DNA from: Octopus vulgaris | Taxonomy: Eukaryota | Length of the DNA: 64,000 bases | Assembly (NCBI GenBank): GCA_951406725.2 | Contig: OX597829.1 | Coordinates: 29,636,001-29,700,000, forward strand | Direction of reading: 5' to 3' | In this document: in pieces, positions 27,174-39,813 of the stretch | Layout: every line of letters starts with the position of its first letter | Numbering within the stretch: the stretch's first letter is position 1 | The notes under the pieces: model-generated | What the model saw: the letters and a program-made list of their open reading frames with translations, nothing else | Database searches by the model: none | What the model was told of the DNA's origin: nothing | Translations under genes and position numbers: made by a program

Positions 27174-30100
27174 CTAGGTTGTGTACTTGGTAATTCCCAG
27201 GGGTAAAGATGTTCTATTGAAACACCTTATTACTGTCATATAAAAATGGAATTTTGTTATAACTGCCACAAAAGGTGTATTTTCCTTCAGAAAAGTACAA
27301 AAGACTGGAGGCTGGCGATATAGGTTTTCGTAGGTTGGCAAAAGAGGTTGTCATAGGGAGAGGCATCTTTGTTCCAAAATTTCATTCTTGCAGGGCTTTG
27401 TGATACACAATGTTTTTGGTTTTGCCATTGGGTGCTGCATAGATGAATAAATTTTCCTGATTTCCAACTCTAGACATAGAGCTGTCCGTGAGATAAAGCA
27501 GGTTCTGTCAGATTAAGGCCTACCAATTCCAATATCTGACCCTGTGCTTTGTTGATGCTAATTGCAAAGCTGAATCTCAGTGGGAATTGTAGCCTTTTGA
27601 AATCAGTTTGTGTGTCCGAAGGAATCGGAGGAATCTTTGGAATGCAAGCATCTTCACCACTTGCTTTCCCAGTCAGTATTGTTGCCTCCAACACTGTCTG
27701 CATCAATTTTTTGATAAGTCTTGTGCCATTGCATAATTTTCGGGGATCAAGGTTTCTTAAAAGCATAACCGGGGTTCCAACCTTTTGAGGCAATTCATGC
27801 GGTGGTAGACCTGTAGTTGCAAGGCTATTAAGGAATTCAACAGGTTAGTGAACAGCATCATTGGTGTGGAACATAGTATCAATTGACTTGTATGTGTGAT
27901 GATCACCAGGCAGTTGTTCCAGAAGGTGATTGTTTACGCCATCGACTGTGACATTTTTTGGCACCAAAATTAAACATCTTCTCAACCAACAATGGTCTGT
28001 GTGTTGTGTGTTCAGATTGGGGCAAACTCTCACCAATAGTTCTTGTATATTTGACACCAAATTGCCAAAGGGTAAACTAATCTTCCCATCCTGCTCAACA
28101 ATTACAGCACCATTTCCAATATCCTTTAATTGCCTGCAGAATTTCTCCATGTGCGCATCACCATCTAACTGCATTCTCATGTTTGTTGTGAGTTTCAGCT
28201 TTCTAACCTTGGTCCAAAGGTATGAAGATTTGATGCTCACATTTACCTCATCTGCTCTCATTCTCTTTGGAATGACTGGGAGTGCTTGTCGAAAGTCACC
28301 TGCAAGGAGTACTGTTAGGCCGCCTATTAGCCTTGAGTTGCGCCTCAGATCTAGAAGTAATCTGTTAAGAACCTCAAAAGACCCCCTTATGACTCATTGT
28401 CACTTCATCCCAAATGATCAATTTGCACTTGGTGAGAATTTTTGCTTTTGTAGTGCCACGACTGATATTGCAGGTTGCTATCTCTTTTTTTTTTCTGGAA
28501 GGTCCAAAGGCAATTTGAAGCACATGTGAGCTGTGCATGCACCGTTTAACAGAGTTACAGCTATTCCACTTGACGCCATGGCAAGGGCTATCTGTTTATT
28601 TTGTTGCAGCTTTGCCAAAATAAGATTGATAATGAATGTTTTGCCAGTTCCACCTGGAGAATCAAGAAAGAAGAGATTACCAGTCTCACTAAGAGTGGAT
28701 GAAATAATGGATTTGAAGGCAGTTTTTTGATCCTCGTTCAATTTGTGTTCATTATCAGCCATAAATGCTGCCATTTCTTCAACATCATAATTGATCTCCC
28801 GTACATATTTGATGTCAAGGGTTTCAGGTGACACATCTGGCTGAGGCAGACCAAAAGCAGCAACTCCACTGCCACCCATGGATTTCTCTCCGTTGTCTAG
28901 GTCATTGAATGCTTCGTTGAAAATAGCCTCATTTTATTCGACATTTTCCAATGGGTTCTGCCTTTGAATTCAGTGTAGTATATCCTCTGACATGCTTTCT
29001 CTGTAATTCTCCCAAAGCGTTACAGGATCACTCAAGGCACATGTCAAAGCATTGTGGAGAATTGACGTAGTTGAGTTGGCATTTTGGCGAAAGAAGCCTT
29101 GTTGAGTGTTTGGTACCAATGAGCATCATCTTCAAGTAGTCCGTGTTTGGCACAGGCCACCCTAAAGGTTGGACAGAGCTCTCCATTAAACATTTGTAGA
29201 TCTTGAAAACATGTTGGGACCTCAGACAATGTGTAGGAGGAGACGTAAAAAGAAGCACTCTTGTTGATTTGGATGGACTGTGTAAACTCTCCCAATAGCA
29301 TTGCTTTGAAATATTTCTTCTGCCTCATAGGTGATAATTGGAGTTCCATTTATGTTTTACCCATTTTTTTTCCTGACCAGGTGTAATAGACAGGTACTTC
29401 AACATAAATCAGGGATCGGGAAAAATTGTTTTGCATAGGTCGAAGAAAGCTGTAAGAGTTGTTTTTGGGGGTTGTTGAAATTGCTGTTGAGCATTATCTT
29501 CCGTGAAATTGACATGCTCTCCAGTTTCAAGATGAACAGCTAGATTCACAACCATTGGATACCATCTGTGAAGTGGGAAGCCAAACATATGTCAAATCAC
29601 CTCGTTTGATGTGTATCTTCCCAGTTGTAATGTCTTATTTCATCCGTTTGCTGTTCATGTGCATTGACTCCAAAAACTGCCATATCGGACCCCTTGTTTA
29701 TGTATTTGCAGATGTATTTTATGTTCTTAACAGAATTACATGATTCGACATTGATGTGTGCCTCAAATATTTTCGATAGGAGTTTGTTGTATGGAACAAT
29801 CCATCTGTTGTCAACTTCAACCTCTTGCTGGTGTGTCTTCAATGTTGCAGTATAACTGCCATGTTCAGATTTGTGCCACCTGTAGAGTGGCTAACCGTCA
29901 TGTCCAGTTCGTGTTTCTTGAACGAATGGTCTGGGGAACCTTTTGCTGCACATATTATTCTCCATGCAAGGAAACGAAGAGTTAAAGCTTCCACGGGGCC
30001 TTCACAATGTTGTAGAGCTGAGCGTCTTGCTCTGGGTTTGGGAACTCTGCAGAAATGATGTCATCAATCAAATCTGGACATATCCTCTCCTTGCACCATA

Positions 30101-30914
30101 TAAGGGTATGTGAATGAGGCAGACCCCATTTCTGCTATTTGATTGTGTACATTGAAGCATTGAGATCACCAAAGAATTTAACATCTCTGAGCAGCTGCAA
30201 AAGTTTTTGCTGTTTCAAGTTAAAGACTCTTGCAATTATGTCATGTCTATCACTGTTATGTTGACCTTCGAAGAGGCAGTGTAAAATGTCTTGCCATTTC
30301 GGATTGCAGGTAAAGGTGATGAATAAATGAGGCATTATTATATGACATTTCTATTTCAAAATTTCTATTACTAAATTATTGACTTCTGTATATTTCGGTT
30401 GAGAAAAGATGTATTTTTGTGGTTCTTGGCTATTTATATTCTTGAGCTTATCAATGAGGGCTGCATTATAAATTTCATCTGTGTTCGGTTTACATACTGG
30501 AGCACATCTGAGCTTAATACCTTCAAGTTTACAGCAAATTTTCAGCAAGGTTATCAAAGTATTTGAGTCAAAGCTGAATTGCAGTTGGATGATTCAGTGT
30601 TTTAACATCATGGTGCAAATGACCCTAAGACTCTTGGTTGTTTGAGATAAAGAAGCTTTTAGTTATATTGCATTTCTGCTAGACAACATTATCAGTTAAT
30701 TCAAGTATAAAACATGTCTCCTAGCAGTTTGTATCTAGCACAGACTTTGTCTTGGACTATTTGAAGCTTTTGAAGTGAAGCTGAACCTTTATACTTCATA
30801 GGGAAGTTGTAGGAAGAAGCTAAGCTACATACAAATACAAGAGGGAGAGAAGATGAACACTCACATGCACAAATTGTTCTCAAATATCTAATATATCGTT
30901 TATACTTATATAGA
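27174..30914 (-). mobile_element. Decayed, internally deleted Helitron with Rep/PIF1-helicase remnants
   Basis: Rep motifs LFITFTCNPKW, GLPHSHTLIW (HUH) and KYICKYINKG; helicase motifs [28 protein letters not shown] and SINKAQGQ...HGQLYV. The 3' end is a degenerate hairpin plus CTAG|T at 27174. The 5' end A|TCTATATAAG at 30914 is tentative. Confidence 0.9.
27390..30335 (-). pseudogene. Helitron RepHel pseudogene (multiple stops and frameshifts)
   Basis: ORF fragments 30135-30335, 29597-29842, 29044-29349, 28478-28879, 27845-28261 and 27470-27793 are collinear in RepHel order. Confidence 0.9.
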
Positions 30915-31014
30915 TGTTTGTGTTCTCCACCCTATACACATACACACAACACACACACATACGTACATACATGTAAATAACATACATTGCATGTACCTAC
31001 ATTGTGTAATGTAT

Positions 31015-31052
<38 letters not shown>

Positions 31053-31603
31053 CATTCTTATACAAGAATGTTTTTGGCAGTACTTTGACTTCGAAGTTTC
31101 AGTCACCTAACCCATTGTCAAATATAATTAATATGTATATATATATATATGTAAATACATATACAACACACACACACACACGCTGTGTCTGTGAAAAGAC
31201 AGATGACAGTTTTATTTATTTTTACCCCTCAACAAGTATTTTATTTTGAGAGAATTTGTTTAACCCAAAGTGGTCCATAATTGGGTGTCATTTTGGTGCC
31301 ATATATCTGTCTGTCTGGTCATGTCTATCTGTGTCTGTATGATCACATGCCTGCGTGTCCATGTGCCTGTGTGCCTGCCTGTTTGTGTATCTCTGAGTCA
31401 AATGTCTTAGCTGGCCGAAACTGTGAAGTCATTGTCAACAATGTTCTTAGAGAAGAATAATAAATTTGTTCTCTACAAAAGCATAGAGTAACCCATCAGA
31501 TTAATATAAAATTGTCTTTTTTTTTTTTAATTGAACATAAAAACAAACATTACGGTTCATCCACACATGTACATATGCTATGTATATTGTGTGTGTGAAT
31601 ACA

Positions 31604-31899
31604 TGTTTGTTCTTTCTCGAGCCACGGCTGGCTCATAAGGGCTGGTTTCCCGGTTTCCTTGGCGTATAGGTTCCCCACCTGGATGGGACGCCAGTCCGTC
31701 GCAGGTGAGCTGCAAGATGCAGGAGGAAAGAGTGAGAGAAAGTTGTGGCGAAGGAGTCAGCAGAAGTTCGCCATTACCTTCTGCCAGAGCTGCGTGGAGC
31801 TTGGGTGTTTTCGCTCATAAACACACACATTGCCAGGTCTGAGATTCGAACCCGCGATCCCTCGACCGCGAGTCTGCTACTCAAACCACTAGGCCATAT
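31604..31899 (-). mobile_element. tRNA-derived SINE (~300 bp, young, CpG-retaining)
   Basis: Reverse complement of 34193-34499; A box TAGTGG and B box GGTTCGAATC on the minus strand. Confidence 0.9.
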
Positions 31900-32135
31900 A
31901 CATTACTGAAGCTGGTTACTGCGATAATTTTATGATGGAACATTTACAATAATACAAAGCAGTTGAGAACATTAAGCAGAGGATATGACAATGATATTGT
32001 TACTTGGCACTCGCTGATATTGTTGATAACCATTTGATAACATTATCTGCAATTGTAATAAGCAGTTACTGCTGCATCACTCCTCACCCTCTCTCTGAAT
32101 TTGTGTCTATATGTATCTGTGCGTATATATATATA

Positions 32136-32364
32136 CTTTATTTAAAGCAGCAGAAAATTCAACAAAACCTGTTACTCTGAGTTTCCCGTTGCTGTTCATC
32201 GGACAGTTTTTCTAGCAAAAACTGTCCGACGAACGGGAACATGAAACTCAGAGTAACAGGTTTTGTTGAATTTTTTGCTGCTTTAAATAAAGCATATTAC
32301 TCTACCACTGGTATTTGAGTACTCTTTTTTCCATCTTGTTTCACATTTATGTGTTTACTCTGGT
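32136..32364. mobile_element. Fold-back hammerhead-like element, copy 2 (opposite orientation)
   Basis: Palindrome at 32136-32292 centred on CT|AG, plus an extension at 32293-32364 that is the reverse complement of 9672-9743. Flanked by (TA)n. Confidence 0.8.
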
Positions 32365-32500
32365 ATATATATATAGTAGACACACACATATTTGTGTTTG
32401 CTATGTTTTACATGCTTCTTTTTCGTGTATATATATATATATATATGTGCATGTGTGCATACATACAAATATAATTATGTATATCTGTTTCTATTTTCAG

Positions 32501-32633
32501 TTGGGATTCCCATAACAATTTATAATCCCCAAATCTCACCTTTAGACGCAGCAATAATGGTTTACTTTCATGGTGGTGGATATATAATGGGGTCAAGAAG
32601 CACTGTTGAAGATACATGTAAAATATTAGCTCT
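32501..32633 (+). CDS. Coding exon 2 of the GDXG esterase (HGGG oxyanion-hole motif)
   Basis: Acceptor TTTTCAG|TT at 32500/32501. Encodes GIPITIYNPQISPLDAAIMVYFHGGGYIMGSRSTVEDTCKILAL. Donor CT|GTGAGT at 32633/32634 (phase 2). Confidence 0.95.
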
Positions 32634-33371
32634 GTGAGTGTTGCTATTCTTTTATATCTCATTCTATTGATTTTTTTTTACTTGCATCACTTTCTGATTG
32701 AATGCACCTTCTATTATTGTTTTTCTTGATGATGATGATGATAGTGTAGAGAAATAATACATTTCAGTTTAAATGCACTTTTAGCTGTAGAGTTATTAAC
32801 TGTCTCAATCATCTGTCTTTGTCCTTGTCTGTCTGTATATATGTGTATCTATGTGTATGTATATCTGTCTGTCTGGTCATGACTATCTGTGTCTGTATGA
32901 TAACATGCCTGTGTGCCTGCCTGTTTGTATGTCTCTGAGTCTGTGTCTGACCACATGTGAAAGCTCATCAGTGCTGTCCACATGTGTCCATATCTGTCCA
33001 TGTGCATTTGCATCTCTCACTGTCTGTTCATCTGATTGACCACATCTGTTTGTGTCTAAATGTTTGACTGGTTTTCATGTCCATCTGACTGACCACATCT
33101 GTCCATGCTAGTCTGTAAGACCGTGTTTTTCTTGTCAGACAGATGAGCAAGTGACTGAACATAGGTGTCTGTCTGTACTCTTTTGTCTGACTATGTCTGT
33201 TTGTGCTCATCTGTCTGAGTATTGTCAGTATCCACTCAGATGTGTTGTTACTAGATCTTACCTGAATATTAGGGTCTGGTGATCTCTTATAGAAAGCTGT
33301 GAAATCTCCCTCAGATTTCTGGACCTTGTAATAAGGTAATGGCTAAACTCCCTTAGCCATTATATAGATGT

Positions 33372-33745
33372 GGGTGTGGCTGTGTGGTAAGTAGTTTGCT
33401 TCCCAACCACATGGTCCTGAGTTCAGTTTCACTCAGTGACACCTTTGACAAGAGTTTTTATATTCTTGAGCTGACCAAATCCTTGTGAGTGGATTTGGGT
33501 GATGGAAACTGAAAGAAGCCTCTGTGTGTGTGTGTGTGTGTGTGTGTGTTTACTCCCATTACTGCTTGACACCAGGTGCTGGTTTGTTTATGTTCCTGTA
33601 ACTTAGCAGTTCAGCATAGATATTGATAGAATAAGTTCCAGGCTTACAAAACAATATAAGTACAGTTATCAATTTGTTTGACTAAAACCCTTCAAAGTTG
33701 AGCTGCACTATGGTCAGATTCCAACGACAGGAAAAAGTAAAAGAA
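33372..33745 (+). mobile_element. Composite tRNA-headed SINE (GGTGTGGCTGTGTGGTAAG... family with an internal (TG)n)
   Basis: The same sequence recurs many times, e.g. about 19165-19600 (+), 35573-36220 (-), 44205-44476 (-) and 52415-52775 (-). Confidence 0.75.
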
Positions 33746-34192
33746 ACATATGTATATATCAGAGTTCCAGATCTCTGAGACTACAAGTTGAACAGTAAAA
33801 ACTAATTGCTATTTCCATTTCCTCATTGTGTTATAATTAGTAAGCAAGGCATACAAATAATTATTGCATTAGTTTAGCTGGTTCACAGAAAATAAGTGTT
33901 AATCAGAATTCAGTGTAGAAACTTACAACACAGCTGTAAACGCAATTGCTACAATATTGTACAAATATCAAAGATTAGAAAACAAAACAAAACAACAAAA
34001 AAAAACCTCATCCTCTTCATTATACAAGCATCGGACATTTGTTGTGTAGCTCAAAGTTGTCACTGATCAGAAGCATTCTAGTTTCAATTACAACCATTCC
34101 ATCCTATTTTCAGGATTAGTGTACTTCAGACTACACCACCCAATGTCTCTTTTTTTTCTTCCCTATTTTGTAATACTGTGGCCATTGCCAGT

Positions 34193-34499
34193 GGGAGCAT
34201 ATGACCTAGTGGTTAGAGCAGCGGACTCGCGGTCGAGGAATCGCGGTTCGAATCTCAGACCAGGTGATGTGTGTGTTTATGAGTGAAAACACCTAAGCTC
34301 CATGCGGATCCGGCAGAAGGTAATGGCGAACTTCTGCTGACTCTTTCGCCCCCAACTTTCTCTCACTCTTTCCTCCTGCATCTTGCAGTTCACCTGCGAC
34401 GGACCGGCGTCCCGTCCAGGTGGGGAACCTATACGCCAAGGAAACCGGGAAACCGGCCCTTATGAGCCAGGCATGGCTCGAGAAGGAACAAACAACAAA
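34193..34499 (+). mobile_element. tRNA-derived SINE (~307 bp) nested in an older repeat
   Basis: CCTAGTGGTTAGAGC (A box), GGTTCGAATC (B box), (AAC)n-like tail, and a 10-bp TSD CATTGCCAGT / CACTGCCAGT. Confidence 0.9.
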
Positions 34500-34933
34500 C
34501 ACTGCCAGTACCGCCTGGCTGGCCCTCGTGCCGGTGCACATAAAGCACCTACTACACTCTCGGAGTGGTTGGCGTTAGGAAGGGCATCCAGCTGTAGAAA
34601 CTCTGCCAGATCAGATTGGAGTCTGGTACAGCCATGTGGTTCGCCAGACCTCAGTCAAATCGTCCAACCCATGCTAGCATGGAAAACAGATGTTAAATGA
34701 TGATAATGATGACTGTTGGGTATATTTTGAGGGAGATTTAGTTACTATTTCTAGTATGTGGTGTGACCATGTAGGAGCTTCTTTTTGATGGGCCAAGTAT
34801 GCAGCAGTAAAATAAAAAGTTAAATCTAAAATTAGTGTGAAATTAATTTTACTTTTACATTATACAGACACATACGTTTGTGTGTGTTTGTTTATGTATA
34901 TATTTATTTATTTTCATCTTTTTCTTCTTACAG

Positions 34934-35055
34934 CAAAGCACAATGTTGTGTTGTAAATGTTGAATATCGGTTGGCACCAGAACACAAGTTTCCTGCTTGT
35001 TACAACGATGCTAAGGCAGTTCTACGTTGGGTCATGATGAATAAATTTCTTGTAG
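34934..35055 (+). CDS. Coding exon 3 of the GDXG esterase (YRLAPE motif)
   Basis: Acceptor TTACAG|C; CT+C gives Leu and keeps the frame. Encodes KAQCCVVNVEYRLAPEHKFPACYNDAKAVLRWVMMNKFLV. Donor G|GTAAG (phase 1). Confidence 0.95.
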
Positions 35056-36239
35056 GTAAGGAATGGATGTTTCTCTATTTATTTTTTTTTTCATTTGTTG
35101 CTGTTTTTTTGTTTAGTTTTCACAGTCTCAAGGCTAAAGAGTTGCCAATCTAAATTGAATTAAAACAAGTGGTGGTGATGGCAGCGTTTTCAGTAAAGGT
35201 GGTGGTGGTGGTGGTTGTCAATTTTAATGCTTGTGATGGTGGTGACTGTTGTTTTTAGGGGTGGCAGAGGCAGTACTATTAATAGCCAGAGTGGTAATCA
35301 CTGTTTTGCTGAAGAGGGCCATTGAAAGTAGTTATGGTGATGGCAGTGACCAGTAACTGTAACAGCAATGACCATGATTATAGTGATAGTGATGATTATT
35401 TTTGATTTTAGGCTCGAGGCCAGCAATTTTGAGGGAAGTTGGTTGGTTGGTTGGTTGGTTTTCAGCAACCCCAGATCATAAATGGTACTTTAATATGTTC
35501 AGCTTAACATTTACCTTTCATCCCTTGAGGGCTGATAAAATATAGTGTCACACCAAATATATCTTATCTTATCTTTCACTTGTTTCAGTCATTGGACTGC
35601 AGCCGTGCTGGTGTACTGCATGGAAAAATTTTTAGTCAAATGTTTCAACCCCAATACTTTTTTTTTTCCAAAGCTTAGTACTTATACTGTCAGTCCTTTT
35701 TTTTATTTCTTTATTGCCCACAAGGGGCTAAACATAGAGGGGGAAAACAAGGACAGATAAAGGGATTAAGTCGATTACATCGACCCCAGTGTGTAATTGG
35801 TACTTAATTTATTGACCCCGAAAGGATGAAAGGCAAAGTCGACCTTGGCGAAATTTGAACTCAGACATAACGGCAGATGAAATACCGCTAAGCATTTCGC
35901 CCGGCGTGCTAACATTTCTGCCAGCTTGCTGCAGTCTTTTTTTTTTTTTTTTTTACCAAACTGCTAGGCCACAGGCGTGTAAACACACCAGCACCAGTTG
36001 TTAAATGTGATGATGGTGATAGGGAACCATCATAGACATAGATACACCACACACACACATACAATGGGCTCTTTTCAGTTTCTGTTTACTAAATCCACTC
36101 ACAAGGCTTTGATTAGCCAGAGGCTATAATAGAAGACATTTGCCCAGGGTGCCATGCAGTGGGACTGAACCCGCGATCATGTGGTTGAGAAGCAAGCTTC
36201 TTACCACAGTGTCATGTCTGTACCTATAAACACATGATA

Positions 36240-36738
36240 CAGGGGCGTGACTCTCAGGTATGCAAGGTATGCGTTGCATGCCCTGTGATTTTTTTTATCC
36301 ATATGATTGGAAAATTAGATAAAATAGTTACTTTGGTTCAAAGAAAATCCGTCCAGTTGTTTTGGAAATATTTTGTCTCCCCTTCTCTCTCAGTGACTCT
36401 ACTTCTGCTTTTAGAAGTCATGCATTGACAAGACCAGCATGTCAGACACTCCCTCTCTGTCTCAGTTTGCCCTTCCTTCCTCTCTCTCTCTCTCTCTCTT
36501 AGTGACTTGTTTAAAAGACATGCTAAGAGGATAGGGCATTTGAAATATTTTTACCCCTTCCTCTTTCTCTTAGTGGCTCGTCATGCTGAGGGAAGACCTG
36601 CATGACCTCCTTCTCTGTCTCTTAGTTTGTCCCTCCTTCCTCTCTCTCTCTTAGTGAATTGATAAAACAGATGCTATAAGGAAAGGTCGTTCAGAAATTC
36701 ATTGCATGCCCAGCCCCGGAAGTCACTGCACGCCACTG
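36240..36738. mobile_element. hAT-type MITE
   Basis: Terminal inverted repeats (TIRs) CAGGGGCGTG / CACGCCACTG and a perfect 8-bp TSD ACATGATA on both sides. Contains an internal ~130-bp tandem duplication. Confidence 0.9.
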
Positions 36739-37229
36739 ACATGATAGCTCAGTTGGTAGAGTAGAGTATGAAATTATATATATCCGTTTCACAAGTTCTC
36801 TTTTCAAGGCAGTTCCGCAAAGTAAAAAATTTTAGTTTTTAACCCTTTAGCATTCAGAATACTCTGCCAAATACAATGCATATTTATTCACATTGTTTTG
36901 AATTAATCATGCATTATCTTGTAGCTTCAAGATTTCAATGGTGTGTTTTTATATTTTGAGAATGACATTGTGGGGTAGGTGTGAGAGGTTGGATCTAGTC
37001 AGTTTTAGCATAAAACAAGTAGAATATTTGGGCTGAATATGGCCAGATTAAACGTTAAAGTTGTTAAAATTTGAGTTTATCCTTAAAATCAATAGTAGTT
37101 GTTCACAAGTTTTGTAACCAGAGTTTCCAGAACACAGAGGTGCTAGCACCAGTTAGTTACTGGGGCCCTTTCAATTAACTAACTCCCTCTTTCAAAATTT
37201 TTGGCTGTGTCTATTTTAGAAAGGATTGA

Positions 37230-37757
37230 GTGAGAGAGCAGTACATGCCATCAAAGTGACACTGGGGTAAAATATACGAAGCCCAGTATACCCATCATGA
37301 CTACCCGTCTGATAAGAGTATTCCAGGCATATGCATTGCAACTATGCGTGCGCGACATGGTGTTCTGATATCAAGACAAACAGCACATGACCTTGCAGGT
37401 GGGGCCCAGTTAAAATTTTCTTCTGGTTGAGTAACCCATCCCACTCAAAAGGTCCCTGAATAAATTGTTGTTTAAGGATGTTGAACGAAACACCTATATT
37501 TCTAGAGGTGAATTATTCAAACCCCAAAGAGTCCCTCTTAACACATAGCTATGATGCTCCCCCACTACTTCTGCTCATGATCAGAGAGGGACATGCTCAA
37601 CTGGTTACGGTCAAACAACTGACAAGCAAATCTGTGGTATTGAGCAGAATATTTGCTGTAGCCCATCTTTTATGCCAAGACAAAACAACATGATAACACT
37701 TCCAATCAGTTAAGATCAGAAGCCACGGGAGCCACTGTCTGGTACTGCATCAGGGCA

Positions 37758-37788
<31 letters not shown>
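37230..37788 (+). mobile_element. Retroposon-like repeat ending in an (ATT)n tail
   Basis: Higher-complexity block terminating in GGGCA(ATT)n. Family not identified. Confidence 0.45.
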
Positions 37789-37789
<1 letters not shown>

Positions 37790-38668
37790 CCTGCTATGGT
37801 CAAGTTTGTCTTTCATCCTTCCATATCCCAATTCTGAATTTGTGACTTTGTGCCTATCCAGGAAGTTATTTTCCTGCTTATGCATGCACTCTGGGCAATC
37901 CTTTACTATTCCATTTATATTCACTTCCTTGTACCTTGAATGTATGCTCTGGCACACCACCACCACCACCATCTTTCTCTCTCCCTCTAACCTCTCTCTT
38001 TCTCTCCCTCTCTCTTTTTTTACTGGGGTAACCATGTATAATCTCTACAGCAAGACACCTGTTTCTGTCATCACCTAGCAAAAAGCCACCTCCTGCAGTA
38101 CCACTGCCCTTCTCAGTTGAGGGATCTTTGTCTTGCAAGTTACTTGGTGTCCTTGATGGTGCTCTTTATTATTAAGGTGGTGAACTGTCAGAATCATTAG
38201 CACACTGGATGCTTAGAGACATTTTTTACAGCTCTTTGGAGTTGATCTACATGCACTTAACTTAACCCTCCTCCTAAATTACTGGCCTTGATCAAAATTT
38301 GAAACTACTACTGCTATTACTATCACAGTTGATTGATATATTAATTGGTGGTGGAAAATTAGTTAGTGCTCTGTGGTATTTATTCTGTTTTTTTTTCTTC
38401 ATTCATATTCTGAGTTCAAATACCATTAGTCAATTTTGCTTTTCAACTTTTTGGAGATGGTAAAATAAAGTACTAATCTAAGACTGGGGTTGATGTAATT
38501 GACTTAGCCCTTCTCTTTAAAATTGCTGACCTTGTGCCAAAATTTGAAACCATTATCATTATTATTGTTTTGAGTAAGCACTCTACAGAATAAAGGTAAG
38601 TATTTTTTTTTTTTTTCAGGTAAACCAAGTTTGTGACTCAAAGTGGATCTCTTTCATTGCTATTCCAC

Positions 38669-38921
38669 CAGGGCTGTGGAGTCGGAGTTGGAAGCAATTA
38701 AGGGGTAGCTGGATTTGGAGTCGGCAAAGCTATACTGACTCCAATTCGCAATATCTTTATTCTTTAATATAAACCAGTTATAACATATAGGCCCACTCAA
38801 AGTACAAGCATATGCATATGCTTTATGAGATATTTAGACCACAATCACTTAATTACAAAAAGAGGAGTCAGTAGAGGAATAGGAGTCGGAGTCAGTTTTT
38901 TGTTTTGACTCCATAGCCTTA
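38669..38921. mobile_element. Decayed hAT-like MITE with GGAGTC subterminal repeats
   Basis: Imperfect TIRs CAGGGCTGTGGAGTC / GACTCCATAGCCTTA and repeated GGAGTCGGAGT. No TSD match. Confidence 0.55.
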
Positions 38922-39776
38922 AATTGATTTTTCAAGACAACCCTATCTCACCTTAGTCTAAGATGCAGCTTGACTTGAGCTGTTGTATTCTTTGGATACG
39001 AAAGGTGCAAACATGGCCATGCGGATTCAGATTTGCTTTGTTACCACATGGACTTGCATTCTATCTCACTCCATGACATTTTGAACCACTGTCTTCTACT
39101 GTAGCTTCAAGTTGATTTGTGCTTTGTAAATGAAATTGGTTGACAGAAACAGCAAAGTCACACACACCCACAAATAGATGTAGGTGTTTATGTGTGTGTG
39201 TGTTGTGCACTTTCTCATGAAAGTGTTGAACTAGAAATGGTGTATGTAGTTTAACATTCTCTATCTGCAAATTGTTCATTAACCCTACACTTCTGAAGGC
39301 AATTGAATTGTTTTTCTTTTAAATTCCTTACTTGAATAATGGGTAGGGGTTAGCAGCCAAACAATGGCTCAATAAGAAATTTAACAAACCGAGCCCTGTT
39401 GCCCTATTTTTACTCACTTTGCTGACACTAGTCAGCACTCCTCCCTTGTTCACTAGATCTAAATTAGAAATTCTTTAACTGGGTTAACCTCAGTGATGGT
39501 GTCTTGTTCTTTTAGCATTTCAACAATTGATACATAACAATTGGGACATTGTAGTTATATGTAATGAATATGTTATATACAGACATGCTTGTATGTGTAT
39601 ATGTATACTTTCCTGTGTATATGTATACTTACATAAGCACAAAGCAGTATTCTTATGACTGTATATTTGCGTATGTACTTATGTAGGGTGTGCCTGGCAA
39701 CTGAGAACAAAACAAATTTCAAAAAACAAAGAAAACAAACAAGAAAACAACATATTCTTAGAAAAATGGTACACAT

Positions 39777-39799
<23 letters not shown>

Positions 39800-39813
<14 letters not shown>

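Noticed and set aside
27930-28529. 199-aa + strand ORF
   Set aside because: Antisense shadow of the Helitron helicase.
34193-34265. tRNA gene
   Set aside because: A and B boxes are present, but there is no convincing acceptor stem and the sequence continues into a SINE body with a tail and TSD.
36744-36770. tRNA-like ATAGCTCAGTTGGTAGAG
   Set aside because: An A-box-like fragment only, partly formed by the MITE TSD; no T-arm follows.
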